Source: Rhizaria sp. SCN 62-66
Lineage: Eukaryota
Reading direction: 5' to 3'
NCBI GenBank assembly: GCA_001724265.1
Contig: MEDY01000020.1
Coordinates: 1-64,000, forward strand
DNA length: 64,000 nucleotides
Positions within the stretch are counted from its first letter, which is position 1. Each line of letters starts with the position of its first letter. Positions 1-10,769 of the stretch are shown here, one piece after another. Under the pieces are notes generated by a model. The model made no database searches, was not told the DNA's origin, and worked only from the letters and a program-made list of their open reading frames with translations. The position numbers and the translations under genes were made by a program.

Positions 1-1837
1 TCCACCAGCGGCGCGATGGGCACGAGTCTCCGGCCCGCGGGGCGCTGCACTAGCACGGCCTTGCCCGACCGCGCAAGCGCGTAGTCGCGGCCCGCCAGCT
101 CGGCCTGAAACTCTGCGAAGCGCGCGGCCTCGGCGGCGGCCTTCTTCTGCGCGTCAGCGAGCGCGGCGCGCACCTTGCGCTCGCGCAGCAGCGCCGAGAG
201 CTCCGTCTGCCGCAGCCGCGCCTCGTCCTGCGCGTGCGCGGTGGGCGCAGCCGGCTGCCGCACCGGGTGCACGAGAGTGGCGGCGGCGAGCGCGGCCGCG
301 GCCTCGGCCTGCGCGGCGGCCGCGGCCTCGAGCGCGGGGGCAGACCCGGCGGGCGGGAACAGTGGCGACGTCAGCGCGGCCGCGCGCAGGTCCACGGCCG
401 CGCCCAGCAGCGCGGCCTCGCGCACGGCGGCGGCCGCGGCGGCCGCGGACGAGGGCGAGGCCGCCGCGAAAGACGGCGAGACGGGTTGCAGCGCCGTGGC
501 AGCGAGCGAGGCGTCGCGGCGCTGGCGGGCCGCCGCCGCGGGCCCGCCACGGCCGCGCTGATCGTCAGCCGGTGCCGTGGCGAGCCCGGCGACGACAGAC
601 GCTGCTGTGGCGCAGTCGCAGGAGCCGAGGCGACGGTGGAGGACGCGGGGAGCGAGAGCGTTTTGCCGAGGCCGGAGACGGCGCTGGCGGCACAGGGCAC
701 GCCCGTGCCGGCGCCGAAAGGCTGCCCCGCGAGCAGCGCGCGCGTCATCGAGTGCGGCGCCGCGCCGGCCGAGGCGGCGGCGGCGGCCGCGGCGGCCACG
801 GCCTGCTCGGGCGACAGCGCGGCGGCCGCGGTGGCGTCGGCGTCGGCGTCGGCGTCGGGAATGAAGTCGCGCTCAGGCGCAGCCGCAGAGTCGCCAGCGG
901 CGGCCGCGGCGGAGACGGGCAGGAACGTGTCGAGCGTGCCCGAGAGCGAGAGCGAGAGCAGGTACGGGTCGTTGGTATACTGCGCGTGCGCGTGCCCGGC
1001 GGAGGCGCCACCTTGAGAAGGCGGGGGCGCGGGTAGGGGCCCGCGGTAAGTGATGGGGCCAATGCCGCCCGCGGAGGCGTCGCCAGCAAGGCTCTGCGTG
1101 TGCGCAAGCGCGGGCGCGGCGGGCGGCACGCGCGGGCACGAGGGCAAGAGGTCGCGCGCCCAACGGTCCTCCTCGCACGCCACGGGGGCGGCGCCGGCGC
1201 ACCAGTTCTGCTGCGGCCACACCGGTCGACCCAGCAGCCGCACGGGCTCGCCGTCGTAGCCGCCGTCACCAGCGCCACCGCCAGAGCCGGCGCTATCGGT
1301 GTCGTCGCCGTCTTCCCAGGCGAGGCGGAGGCGCTGGAGCATGGTGAGGCCGTCAATGCCAACAACGCCCGGCGCAGCGGGCAGCGCGACCGAGGGCGAG
1401 GCCGCGCCATTCGCGTCGTCTGCGTCCAGGCCGTGCTCGTTGTCGGGGAAGGACTAGGACGAGACATACTCGTGTGGGAAGTCGGCGTTGTTGGGTGCGG
1501 TGGCGCGCGCGGCGAGCGGCACGGGCGCGGGTGCGACGGTGGAGGGGACGTCGAACAGCCCGTCGTGCTCGCCGGGGTCGCGCGGGCAGAGGCGGAGGCG
1601 CACGGCCTGCATGATGGCCACAACAGTTTCCTCGGCGGTCTGTTCAAGCGCGCGAGACTGAATATTGTGCGTGTGAAGAATCGTCGCGGCGCGGGAGATG
1701 ATTGTGTTGAGGATTGCTTTGGCTACGACCTCGCTGTCCGAGTGCTCGTACGATTCAGCCAGGACAGCCACCCCGTCAAGCGGTTTTGGCCGCTTAAACT
1801 TCAACTTAGAATTCGCAGCAGCGGCTTTACGAAACAT
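1..1837 (-). CDS. DUF4639/C2orf81-like protein, 3'-partial; in-frame TAG at 1454-1456 and apparent frameshift near 540
   Basis: ORFs 1454..1837 and 371..1342 share a frame and are joined by TAG plus 37 sense codons (SFPDNEHGLDADD...GLT). Motifs RLCPRDPGE and EEDRWAR resemble the DUF4639 RDEGE...DSWA motifs as I recall them. From 539 a shifted frame (AAAARQRRD...ELAGRDYALARSGKAVLV) stays open to the window edge. The start codon is uncertain. Confidence 0.5.
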
Positions 1838-2081
1838 TGCTTTGTTATCGCAACAGACGGTGCTGAGAAGGTCAAATTCATCTCTAAAACCAGCCCCTCA
1901 TCTCTGTCAGAGACAGCCGTTTCTTTTCGGCCAGGCATTTTTGCGAACCGAGGGCCATCAGAACTCACTTTAAAGCGTCACTTTGAAGCAGTATACTGAG
2001 TTAAAATAAGCTTTTATTTGAAATCTTGTTTATTAATCAGATGATATTTTATTCTACGCACAGTAATTTGATTCACTATTT

Positions 2082-5000
2082 TTACTTCTTGCCCTTAATC
2101 GATGCTTTACGCGTGCCAAGAGCCATCGAAGCCGACGGCGGGCGGACAACGGGTTGCACACTTGCCGCTCTCGCCTCCCCGTCCTGCTGCTTGTCATCAG
2201 CAGCTGTTGTGTCCTCCGTAATTTTCCTGCCGCGCCCTGCCGCGGCCAGCCCCGCAGCCGAGAGCGGCACAGTGTAGCCCGTCGCGGCAGCGCCAGTCAC
2301 CGGTCCAGTCACTGGTCCCGGCACAGGTACGGAGAGCACTTTGCCGCCGCCGCGCGCCGAGGCGACGCGCCGCAGCGCGCTGCCGGGCCGCACCAGGGGC
2401 GCGGCGGGATCGGTTTCGGCGGGTGCGGGCGCGGGGGCCGCGGCGGCGGGGCCATCGGCCACGAGCGTGGTGAGGTAAGCGGCGGGCGCAAGGTTAAGGA
2501 ACAGGGCGCCGCCGTCGTCAACCAGGCCAGCTCCTGCGGCTACGGCTGCGGTCGCGTCGGAGCCCACCGGCTCCGGCTTGGAGTCGCGACTGGAGTCAAA
2601 CTTGGCTTCGGAGGCCGCTGGCTCGGAGCCAAAGCCGAAGTCGTCGTCGTCGTTGGTGACGGCCAACAGCTTCAGCCGCTGCTTCAGAGCATCGTCGCCC
2701 CCAGGCTCCGCACTTGCAGTCGCGGTCGCTGCGCCGGCGGCGTCAGTTGCTGCGTCGGCGGAGTCCGTGTCGGGCTCCAGTCCCGCGAGTACCGAGAGAG
2801 AGACGAGACGGCCCGGCGCGGGCGTCGCCAACCGCGCAGTCGCAGGCGCGGGCGCATTAGCCGCAGTCTCACCGATGGTCTCTGCTGCAGCAGCAGCGGC
2901 TGCCGCGGCGGCCGCGCTGTTGGCGGCAGCTGCAATCGCGCGGTAGCCCGACCCGGCGGGCGCGCCCCTGCCAGTCGCGGGCCGGCCCAGCAACGGGCGC
3001 GCAGCACCGCTAGCACTTGCAGCAAGACTGTCGTCAGCACCGTTCGCAGCCGCGCCAGCAGTGCCGGCGGCGGCGTCGCGCGCGGTGATGCCGCGCACGA
3101 GCGCCTCAAGTTCGTTGACTGCGCTGTGCGTCGACGCGCGTAGCGCAGCGCCGCCGGCCTCGGCAGCGGCTTCAGCGTGCGCCTCGGCCTCCGCGGCCGA
3201 CGCGGCCACCACAGCCGCGGCAGTTGCGCTCGCACTGGCGCTCGCGGAGACAGAGGCCGCGCCGACCGCGCTACCTGCAGGGAAGATGCCGACGGACTTG
3301 AGGACGCCCTCAACGGTCCCGCGCTCGGCGGCCGCGGCGCGCTCTGAGCCCGCCACCAGCGCGGCCGCGGCGGCGCGCTCCTCGGCGGCGCGGCGCAGCT
3401 CCTCCTTGGCGCCCGCGGCCGCGGCGCGCGCCTCGCTGACGGCCGCCGCCGCTGACGCCACGGCCGACGCCGCAGCGGTCACCGCGGCCTCGCCCTCAAC
3501 GCCGTCAGTGGCTGCGGCCGCCGCCGCTGTGGCGTCACGCGCGAGCGGGACCTCATCGAGCAGGACAACCGTGGGCAGCGCGGTGGCGACGGCTGCGCGG
3601 TAGCCTGCGCCTGCGGCCTGCGCGGCGGGCGAGCCCCACAGAGCGAGCTAGGCTAGCGCGGGCGCGTGCAAGGCCAAGAACTGCAGCGCGGCGCCCAGCG
3701 CGGGCAGCTGCGTGAGCGACAGGTCCACCACCTCCAGCGCGGGCCACGCGCAGGTCGGCGCCTCCGGCGCAGCAGCCGCTGCCCCTGTGGGGGCCGCTGC
3801 AGCCTTCTTGGCCGAGACGGGCCCGGTCGCGCCCAGCTTGCCTGTGGCAGTCTTGCTGGCGCTGTGCGCGGCGGCGGCGGCGTTGGTACCGGCGGCTGGC
3901 GCGGCGGCGGCGGCGGGGAGGCCGCCCAGCTTGACTGTGCCGAGCGCGCAGAAGCCCGTGCCGGCGAGGAACAGCTCGCTGAGCGCGGGCAGGTGCGCGT
4001 GCGGCGGCGCCAGCGCGGCCAGGCCTTTCGACGCAGCTGCGGCACTGGTCGCGGCCGCCGCAGCAGCAGCACTGGTCCCGACGGTCGTTGCAGTGGCGGC
4101 GCAGGCGACGGGGGCGCCCAAGTGCGGGTTGTCACTCAGCGCGAGCGAGACTAGCGAGGACGGCAGCACGGGCACCGTGGCCAGGCCGGTCGCCGCCAGG
4201 TCCAGCTCCTCCAGCACGCGCAGCGCCGAGAGATTCACTGAAGACGATGACGCAGGCACGACAGAGCCGGCGGTGCGAGAGCTTGCCACAGTCGCCTCAG
4301 CGGTCGCGTTTGCGGTGAAAAGCGGGTTGTGCGAGAGCGAGAGCTTCTCGAGCGCGCGTAGCGCCGGGACGCCCGCCGCGGCCACAGCGGACCAGTGCAG
4401 GCGGTTGTGCGAGAGGTCGAGCGAGGTGAGGCCCGGCGGCAGCGCCAGCGCGGGCGCGCGGGCCGCCATCGCCGCCGCCGACAGCGCCGCGTACTTGGGC
4501 CGCGCCGACGCCGAGGACGCGGCCGACAGAGTGCCGGAGGCGGCGCGCAGCGTGCGGCTCACCGCAGCGACGTCGCCGTCGTCGCCTTCGAGACCGGGCG
4601 TGCCCACAGCGTCGCCGAGCAGCGCGATGGCGTTGTTGGAGGCGTTGAGCACAGCGAGCTGTCCGAAGGAGCCCAGCGGCGGCAGCGACGCGAGCGCGTT
4701 GCCCTGCACGAGCAGCTGCTGCAGCCCCGCGCCCACGGTCGCGGGCGAGAGCCACGCCAGCGAGGGCAGCGCGTTGTGCGCCAGGTCCAGCACGCGGAGC
4801 GCGGAGAAGGCGCGTTGCGCGGGCAGCGCGGCGAGGAACCCCGCGCTACCGACCGCGACCGCGCCCGCCGCCGCGGCCTCGGCCTCGCCCGCGGCCACCG
4901 CGCCGGGGTCTGCCGTGCGTGCTGCGCTGGAAACGGAGGGCGGGAGGAACGCGCCCAGGCGGTTGCGCGAGAGGTCCAGCACGCGCAGGGCGGCCGCGGG

Positions 5001-7187
5001 CGCGGCGGAGGCGGACACAGCGGCCGCGGCCAGGTGGGTGAGCCCGCGGCGCGGCGCGCAGAGCGAGGCGCTGGACACGCCGCTGCTGGTGGCGCCCGCG
5101 GTGGCGGCCTTGGCGGCGGCAGCGGTCAGCACGCACACCGGCGGCAGCGGCAGCGGCGCGTCGTCCGCGGCCGCGCTCGCACTGGTGGCAGCTGCGGCGG
5201 CCGACGCGCCAGCGATCGGCATCACAGCAGCAGCAGCAGCAGCGGCAGGCGCGGGCCCTTTCGTCGCGGCACTCGGACCGGGCATGCCGCCAGACTTACG
5301 CGCAGCCGAAGCAGGCGCGGCATGCGCCGCAGCGACCGTTGCTGCTGATGTCGCCGTGGAGCGATCTGCGCCGCCAGCGCCCAAGTCGGCCATGACCGCG
5401 CCAAGCCCGCGCTCCTTCATCGCGCGGAACAGCGCCTCGCCCTTGAGCGCCTCGCCCTAATCCACAGGCTTCACAGACTTCGCAGCGGCAGCGGCAGCGA
5501 CAGCGGGGCGGCGGCCCACGGCAGCGGCGACGGCGCGGGACAGCGACGCGTCGCCGTCTGCGTCGGAGTCGGAGTCGGCGCCGACGTCGGGTAAACCGGC
5601 CACTGCGTCGCCGGCTTCCGGGTCGAAGCCCAGCCCATCATCGTCGCCGTCATCGGCGCCAGTGTCTGCGCCTTCAAACGATGCGGACGGTACAAGAACA
5701 TGCCCGTCTGCGTCAGCAACGTCCTCCACCTGCGCTCTGGCCAGCTCAGACTGCAGCTGGCCCAGTACTGCGCGGCCCAGCTCGGCCTCGGCCTCAGCAC
5801 CGCCCGCCGCGCCCGCCGCCGCGGCGTCCTCTGCAGCGGCGGCAGCGGCGGCCAGCGCGGCGGCGGACGGCTGCTGCGTCTGCACTGACGCTGAGGGGGC
5901 GCCGAACATTGACCAGTGCTTCTGCTGGTGCTGTGGCTGGGGCTGCGGCGCGGGGCCAGCGCGGCGACTGAGTTTGCGCTCCAGCGCGCGGCCCTCAAGC
6001 TCGTTTTCCGAGCCGGTGAGCGGCGCGGCGCCCGCGCCCGCGCCGAACTCGGCCGCCGCGCGCGCCACGCGCCGCTGCGAGCGCCGCCGCTCCACCAGCG
6101 CGGCCACGGCACCCGCTGCCGAGGCGCCGTCCGCGAGCGCGAGCGCCGCGGCGGCTGCGGCGTCGCCAGCGACTGCGTCGGCGTCATCGTCGGCGTTATC
6201 GTCGTCGCTATCACCCTCGGACCAGCCGAAGTCCATCGGCCCCGCGGCGCGCGCGCCGGCGCTGCCCTGGGTCTCCGGTCCCGCCGTCTGCGCGGCGGAA
6301 GCTGTGGCTCCAGAGCTAGATGACGATGATGATGACGAAGATGATGATGAGGCTTTACGCACGATAACGCGCCGGTGCGGGGCCGCGCCGCTGGCGGCAA
6401 CCAGCCCGCCGCCGCTGTCAGCATCCCCGCCGCTTAATGGGGGCTGCTGCCGCGGTCCGTGTGTCGGCCCCGGTGTTGCTGCATTGTGTGCTAATGATGA
6501 TGATGTGTGTGTGGACGCTGAGGACGGTGGGGTGGGCACGCGCGTGCGCGGGCGAGGCGCGTCCCCTGGCGGCGAGCGCGGCTGAAACTGCGCTGCGGCG
6601 CCCTGCGCAACGGGGGCGGCGGGCGACGACGCCGAGTCTGTCGGGTAGCCGTGACAGTGGTGACTGTGGCCGTGACCGTGGCTGCTGGGGCCGGGCTGCG
6701 GCGCGCGCGGGGGCGGCTGCGGACGCGGCGCTGCGGCGGTCGCCGGCGCGGGCCCGGCCGTCACGGCGGCCAGCACCGTGCGCCTGAGCCCGATGCGGCT
6801 CTGCGCCGCGGCCGCTGGGCCGCCGGAAGCGGAGGGACCGACGGCGACGTAGGAGCCAGAGGAGGGCGCGGCCGCCACTGCCTCGGCGCGCTCAGCTCGC
6901 GCGATGGCGTCAGGCATGCTGCGGAGCACGTTGAGCGAGGGCTCGCGCGACAACGAAGGCGCGGCGGCGGCGGAACCCATCGCGGCCTCGGCACGCGCCT
7001 GGCGCAACAGATTTGACAGCGGCGTCGCCGGCGCGCCGGGCGCCGAACCCTGCACGGGCACCGATGCGGAGCCGGGGCGCGAGGAGAGTCCGGACAACTC
7101 GGGCGCGGAGGTGCGTGCGCCGTAGACGGGGATGCGGGACGCCGTGGGATGAACACCTGCGCCGGGGCGCGAGGTGGGGTCACTCAT
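2082..7187 (-). CDS. Leucine-rich repeat protein (~1,701 aa if two in-frame TAGs are read as sense)
   Basis: ORFs 5457..7208, 3648..5420 and 2082..3482 are one frame interrupted only by TAG at 5457-5459 and 3648-3650. It has many LxxLxLxxN repeats (LRVLDLSRNRL, LRVLDLAHNAL, LTSLDLSHNRL, LEKLSLSHNPL) and an LRR-cap (GSP...YRAAVATALPTVVLLD) after the second TAG. Ends in TAA. Confidence 0.75.
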
Positions 7188-7589
7188 CTCTACAGCGATA
7201 GGTGTCAAAAGCAGTGGATATCGATTTGAATTTCATTAGCGAATGCTACTATATGTAAAGAGTTTTAACATATGTCGTTAAAATATAATACATAATGACT
7301 CGTTAAAAATGTGATCTTGTCACTACGATAGCACTGACGGATGTCCTGATGCTCAGGACGTATTTGAATGAGGAGGCATCCGTTGCAGCCTCGCGCTCCG
7401 GTCGAGCGGCTGACTGAAGTTCGGCCTACTCGGTTTACATTTCACAAACCAGCCTGCATCGTCAGAAGATCTAAAATTGGTAGATTTGTATACTCTATTA
7501 CAGCTTGTGCTTGGATATGAACTGCATCATTAAAATGTAAGTCTTAACTTCTCAATTTGTCATCGTCGGATCGCGCAACAACACAGGGT

Positions 7590-10535
7590 ATGGCGACTAA
7601 GCCGGCTGCCGCGACCGCGGCGTCGTGTTCCCGCCGCCTGGTGGAGTCGTCTCGACAAGCGCTTTCTGCTTCGCTCGGCGCCTTTTTGTCCTCGAAGTTC
7701 GGCGTGCCTCTGACCGCGACAGATGTCTACCCGGCGGTGACGCGGCCGAAGCTTGTGGAGCACGGCGACGTGGCCATCACATGCCACGCCCTCGTCCAGC
7801 GCCTGCGCCCCGCCGCGGACCGTGTGCGCGAGGTCACGGGCCAGGAGCTCTCGGCGCTCAACCTTGCCGAGTACCTCGCGCGCGAGTTCCAGGCCGCCAA
7901 CGCCTCGCTGGTGTCCGCGCAGTCCGACGCCAGCGGGCTTCTCACGGCACTGTCTGCCGGCAGCGCCACGGTGCGTGCACCGCTGACGCACGTAGCCGTG
8001 ACGGGTGCCTTCGTCAACGCCACCTTTGCGCCTTCGCACTTTGGCCGCGCGATTACTGACGCCGTGTTCGCCGACTTCCTGCAGCCCCCGCGCGAGGCAG
8101 CAGCTGAAATCGCGGAGAAGGTGGAGAATGTGACTGAAGGCAAGAAGGACAAGGTCATGATTGAGTACTCGCAGCCCAACACGCACAAGGCCTTCCACGT
8201 CGGCCACATGCGCAACGCCGCGCTGGGTGACTCGCTCGTGCGTCTTTACGAGCAGGCGGGCCACGAGGTCGTCGCCGTCAACTACTTCGGCGACGAGGGC
8301 GCGCACGTCGCCAAGTGCCTCTGGTTCCTGCAGCAGATCTACCTCCCGCTCGCGCAGAAGGCCGCCGCCGCCGGTGCGGGCCCCGCTCCTTTCCCCTCGC
8401 TTCCTTCCGCCTCTGCCGCTACTGCCGCTGCCGCTGAGACTGCGACCGCGACTGCGTCGGACGCCGATCCCGCCGCGTCCGCAACAGCGGCGTCCGCGTC
8501 CGCGTCGTCTGAGCCGCTGGTGTTGTATCCGATGCGCTCGCTGGCGGACCTGGACGCGGCCGTGCCCGCCGCCGTGCGCGCCGAGTGGCTGGGCGCGCTG
8601 TACGCGCGCGCGGTCGAGACGCTGGACCTCGGCTCCTACACCGCGCTGCCTTGGCCGATGGTGGTGGCGGCTAAGGTCGTCGCCAAGAGCCCGCACCCGG
8701 ACCCCGAGGCGCCGAAGAACTGGCACTTGTGCAAGGTCGAGGTCGACGCCGCGGGCGCCACGGCCGACGTTGTCTGCGGCGGCACGGGCTACGAGGTCGG
8801 CGACTACGTGGCGTACCTGCCCGTCGGCGCGAAGCTGACGAAAAAGATGGGCGTGATTGCGCCCAAGGACATGCGCGGTGTGGCGTCGTGCGGCGTCATG
8901 CTCGCGCACTCGGAGCTCGGCGGCGCCGACGCGGACGCAGACGGTGGTGACGGGCCCGCTGCTAGCTCCGCTGCGGCGGCTCCCGCGGCCTCTGCTTCAG
9001 CCAGTGCGGGCAAGAAGGGTGGCAAGAAGAAGGGCGCGTCGGCCGATGCCGCCGCCAACTCGGACAAGGGCATCTTCGTGCTCAATAGCTTCTGTCCCGT
9101 GGCGCCTGGCGTGCCGCTGTCGGAGCTGGGCCGCCGCCCCGAGGCCTTCCCGCCTGGCTCCGCGGCCGCAGCGGCGCCCTCGGTAGCCGCGCACGTCGCC
9201 GCGCTCAACGGCCAGGCCGCGGCGGTGCTGCGCGCGCTCGAGCACAACGAGCCCGAGCAGGTGGCGCTGTGGCGCCGCACGGGCCAGTGGTCGCTGGACG
9301 AGTTCCACGCCATCTACAAGTGGCTCGACTGCCGCTTCGACCATGACTTCGCCGAGTCCGAGGTGTCAGCGGCGTCACAGGAGCTCGTCACCAAGTGGCT
9401 CGCGCAGGGCCTGCTCGAGACGCGCGACGGCGCCGTCGTCGCCGACCTCTCGGCCGACGGGTTGGGCACCTGCGTGCTGCGCAAGTCCGACGGCGCGGGG
9501 CTGTACGCAACCAAGGACCTCGCGCTCGCGGCGCGCAAGTTCGAGGCGTTCGGCGTGGACAAGAGCATCTACGTCGTCGACGCCGCGCAGACGTACCACT
9601 TCCAGCAGGTCTTTAAAGTGCTCTCGCGCGCCGGCTTCGTGCAGGCCGCCAAGTGCGTGCACGTGCCGTACGGACTCGTGGTTCTACCGTCGGGCCGCAT
9701 GTCGTCGCGCAAGGGCAACGTGCTACTCTTCTCGCAACTCAAGCGCGAGATGGAGCGCGTACTCAACGAGAAGTTCAACAAGAACAACACGCTCAGCGAC
9801 GAGTCCGTGCGCCGCATCGCTGTCGCGTCGATCAAGTACGGCATGCTAAACCGCGACACGGCCAAGGACATCGTCTTCGAACTCGACCAGTGGACCAACA
9901 ACACCGGCAACACCGGTCCGTACCTCATGTACGCGCTCGCGCGCATCAATTCGATCTTGGTCGCGCGCGACGAATACGACGGGCCCAAGTTCGACCTCAT
10001 GCGCACGCTCACCGGCCTCGCGCCCGCGGGCAGCGACTCCGCGGCGCTGGCCGCCGCGCTGCGCGCGTGGGTTGACCCCGAGACGCAGCGCTTTGACCTC
10101 ATTGGCTGGGCCGCTACCGCGACGCCTCGCGAGGCCGCCGACGCGTCCCCCACGCTCGCCGCCGCGCTGGCCTCCGCGGCCGCACCGTTGGCAGCCGAGT
10201 CGGCCGCCGTGGCCTCCGCGGCGGCCGCGCGCGCGTTCCTGGACGCCGTGGACTTTGACAAGTATCTCACTGAGCCCAGCGAGCGGCTCGTAGTGCTGCA
10301 GCTGAACCGGTTCTGGGACGCCGTCGACGCGGCCGTGGCGGGCAACTCGCCGTCACCGGTGTGCGACTACGCGTTCCACCTCGCGCAGGCCTTCTCGACG
10401 TGGTACGAGCAGGTGCGATTGGTCCAGACTGTGCCCGCCGCGCTGCCGACTAAGATCGTCTTCATCAAGGCCGTCGCCGCGACGCTCGAGACCACGATGC
10501 GCGGGCTCGGCATCACGCCCGTTGAGCGCATGTAA
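7590..10535 (+). CDS. RARS: Arginyl-tRNA synthetase with an inserted OB-fold tRNA-binding domain
   Basis: EHGDVA, IEYSQPNTHKAFHVGHMRN (HIGH), NYFGDEG, LRKSDGAGLYATKDLA, SIYVVDAAQTYHFQQ, MSSRKG (KMSKS equivalent), GNTGPYLMYALARINSI and the C-terminal LGITPVERM. First ATG at 7590; ends in TAA. Confidence 0.95.
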   Translation: MATKPAAATAASCSRRLVESSRQALSASLGAFLSSKFGVPLTATDVYPAVTRPKLVEHGDVAITCHALVQRLRPAADRVREVTGQELSALNLAEYLAREFQAANASLVSAQSDASGLLTALSAGSATVRAPLTHVAVTGAFVNATFAPSHFGRAITDAVFADFLQPPREAAAEIAEKVENVTEGKKDKVMIEYSQPNTHKAFHVGHMRNAALGDSLVRLYEQAGHEVVAVNYFGDEGAHVAKCLWFLQQIYLPLAQKAAAAGAGPAPFPSLPSASAATAAAAETATATASDADPAASATAASASASSEPLVLYPMRSLADLDAAVPAAVRAEWLGALYARAVETLDLGSYTALPWPMVVAAKVVAKSPHPDPEAPKNWHLCKVEVDAAGATADVVCGGTGYEVGDYVAYLPVGAKLTKKMGVIAPKDMRGVASCGVMLAHSELGGADADADGGDGPAASSAAAAPAASASASAGKKGGKKKGASADAAANSDKGIFVLNSFCPVAPGVPLSELGRRPEAFPPGSAAAAAPSVAAHVAALNGQAAAVLRALEHNEPEQVALWRRTGQWSLDEFHAIYKWLDCRFDHDFAESEVSAASQELVTKWLAQGLLETRDGAVVADLSADGLGTCVLRKSDGAGLYATKDLALAARKFEAFGVDKSIYVVDAAQTYHFQQVFKVLSRAGFVQAAKCVHVPYGLVVLPSGRMSSRKGNVLLFSQLKREMERVLNEKFNKNNTLSDESVRRIAVASIKYGMLNRDTAKDIVFELDQWTNNTGNTGPYLMYALARINSILVARDEYDGPKFDLMRTLTGLAPAGSDSAALAAALRAWVDPETQRFDLIGWAATATPREAADASPTLAAALASAAAPLAAESAAVASAAAARAFLDAVDFDKYLTEPSERLVVLQLNRFWDAVDAAVAGNSPSPVCDYAFHLAQAFSTWYEQVRLVQTVPAALPTKIVFIKAVAATLETTMRGLGITPVERM

Positions 10536-10769
10536 ACCTAAAATATTGTTCACTGTGACGATGATGGCTGGTTCATGTTAAATTGTTTTGTCTAAGCTGT
10601 TATCATTTGAAATTGTTATTTATTGACTTGATACGTATAAAATACAAATCTATTTATTGTTTTCTTAACTGTGCGTAAATCGTAGTTCGTACTCGAAAGA
10701 CTTGTCCGTCCGTCGAGTTACATGTGCTGTCTAAATAACTTGTTGGTTTTTTCCTAATGCGCCGGCATG

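Noticed and set aside
1454-5474. In-frame TAGs as acceptors of tiny introns (e.g. GTGAAGCCTGTGGATTAG, 18 nt)
   Set aside because: No consistent size across the three sites and no GTNCG donor. At 3648 the nearest GT would shift the frame and delete LRR residues.
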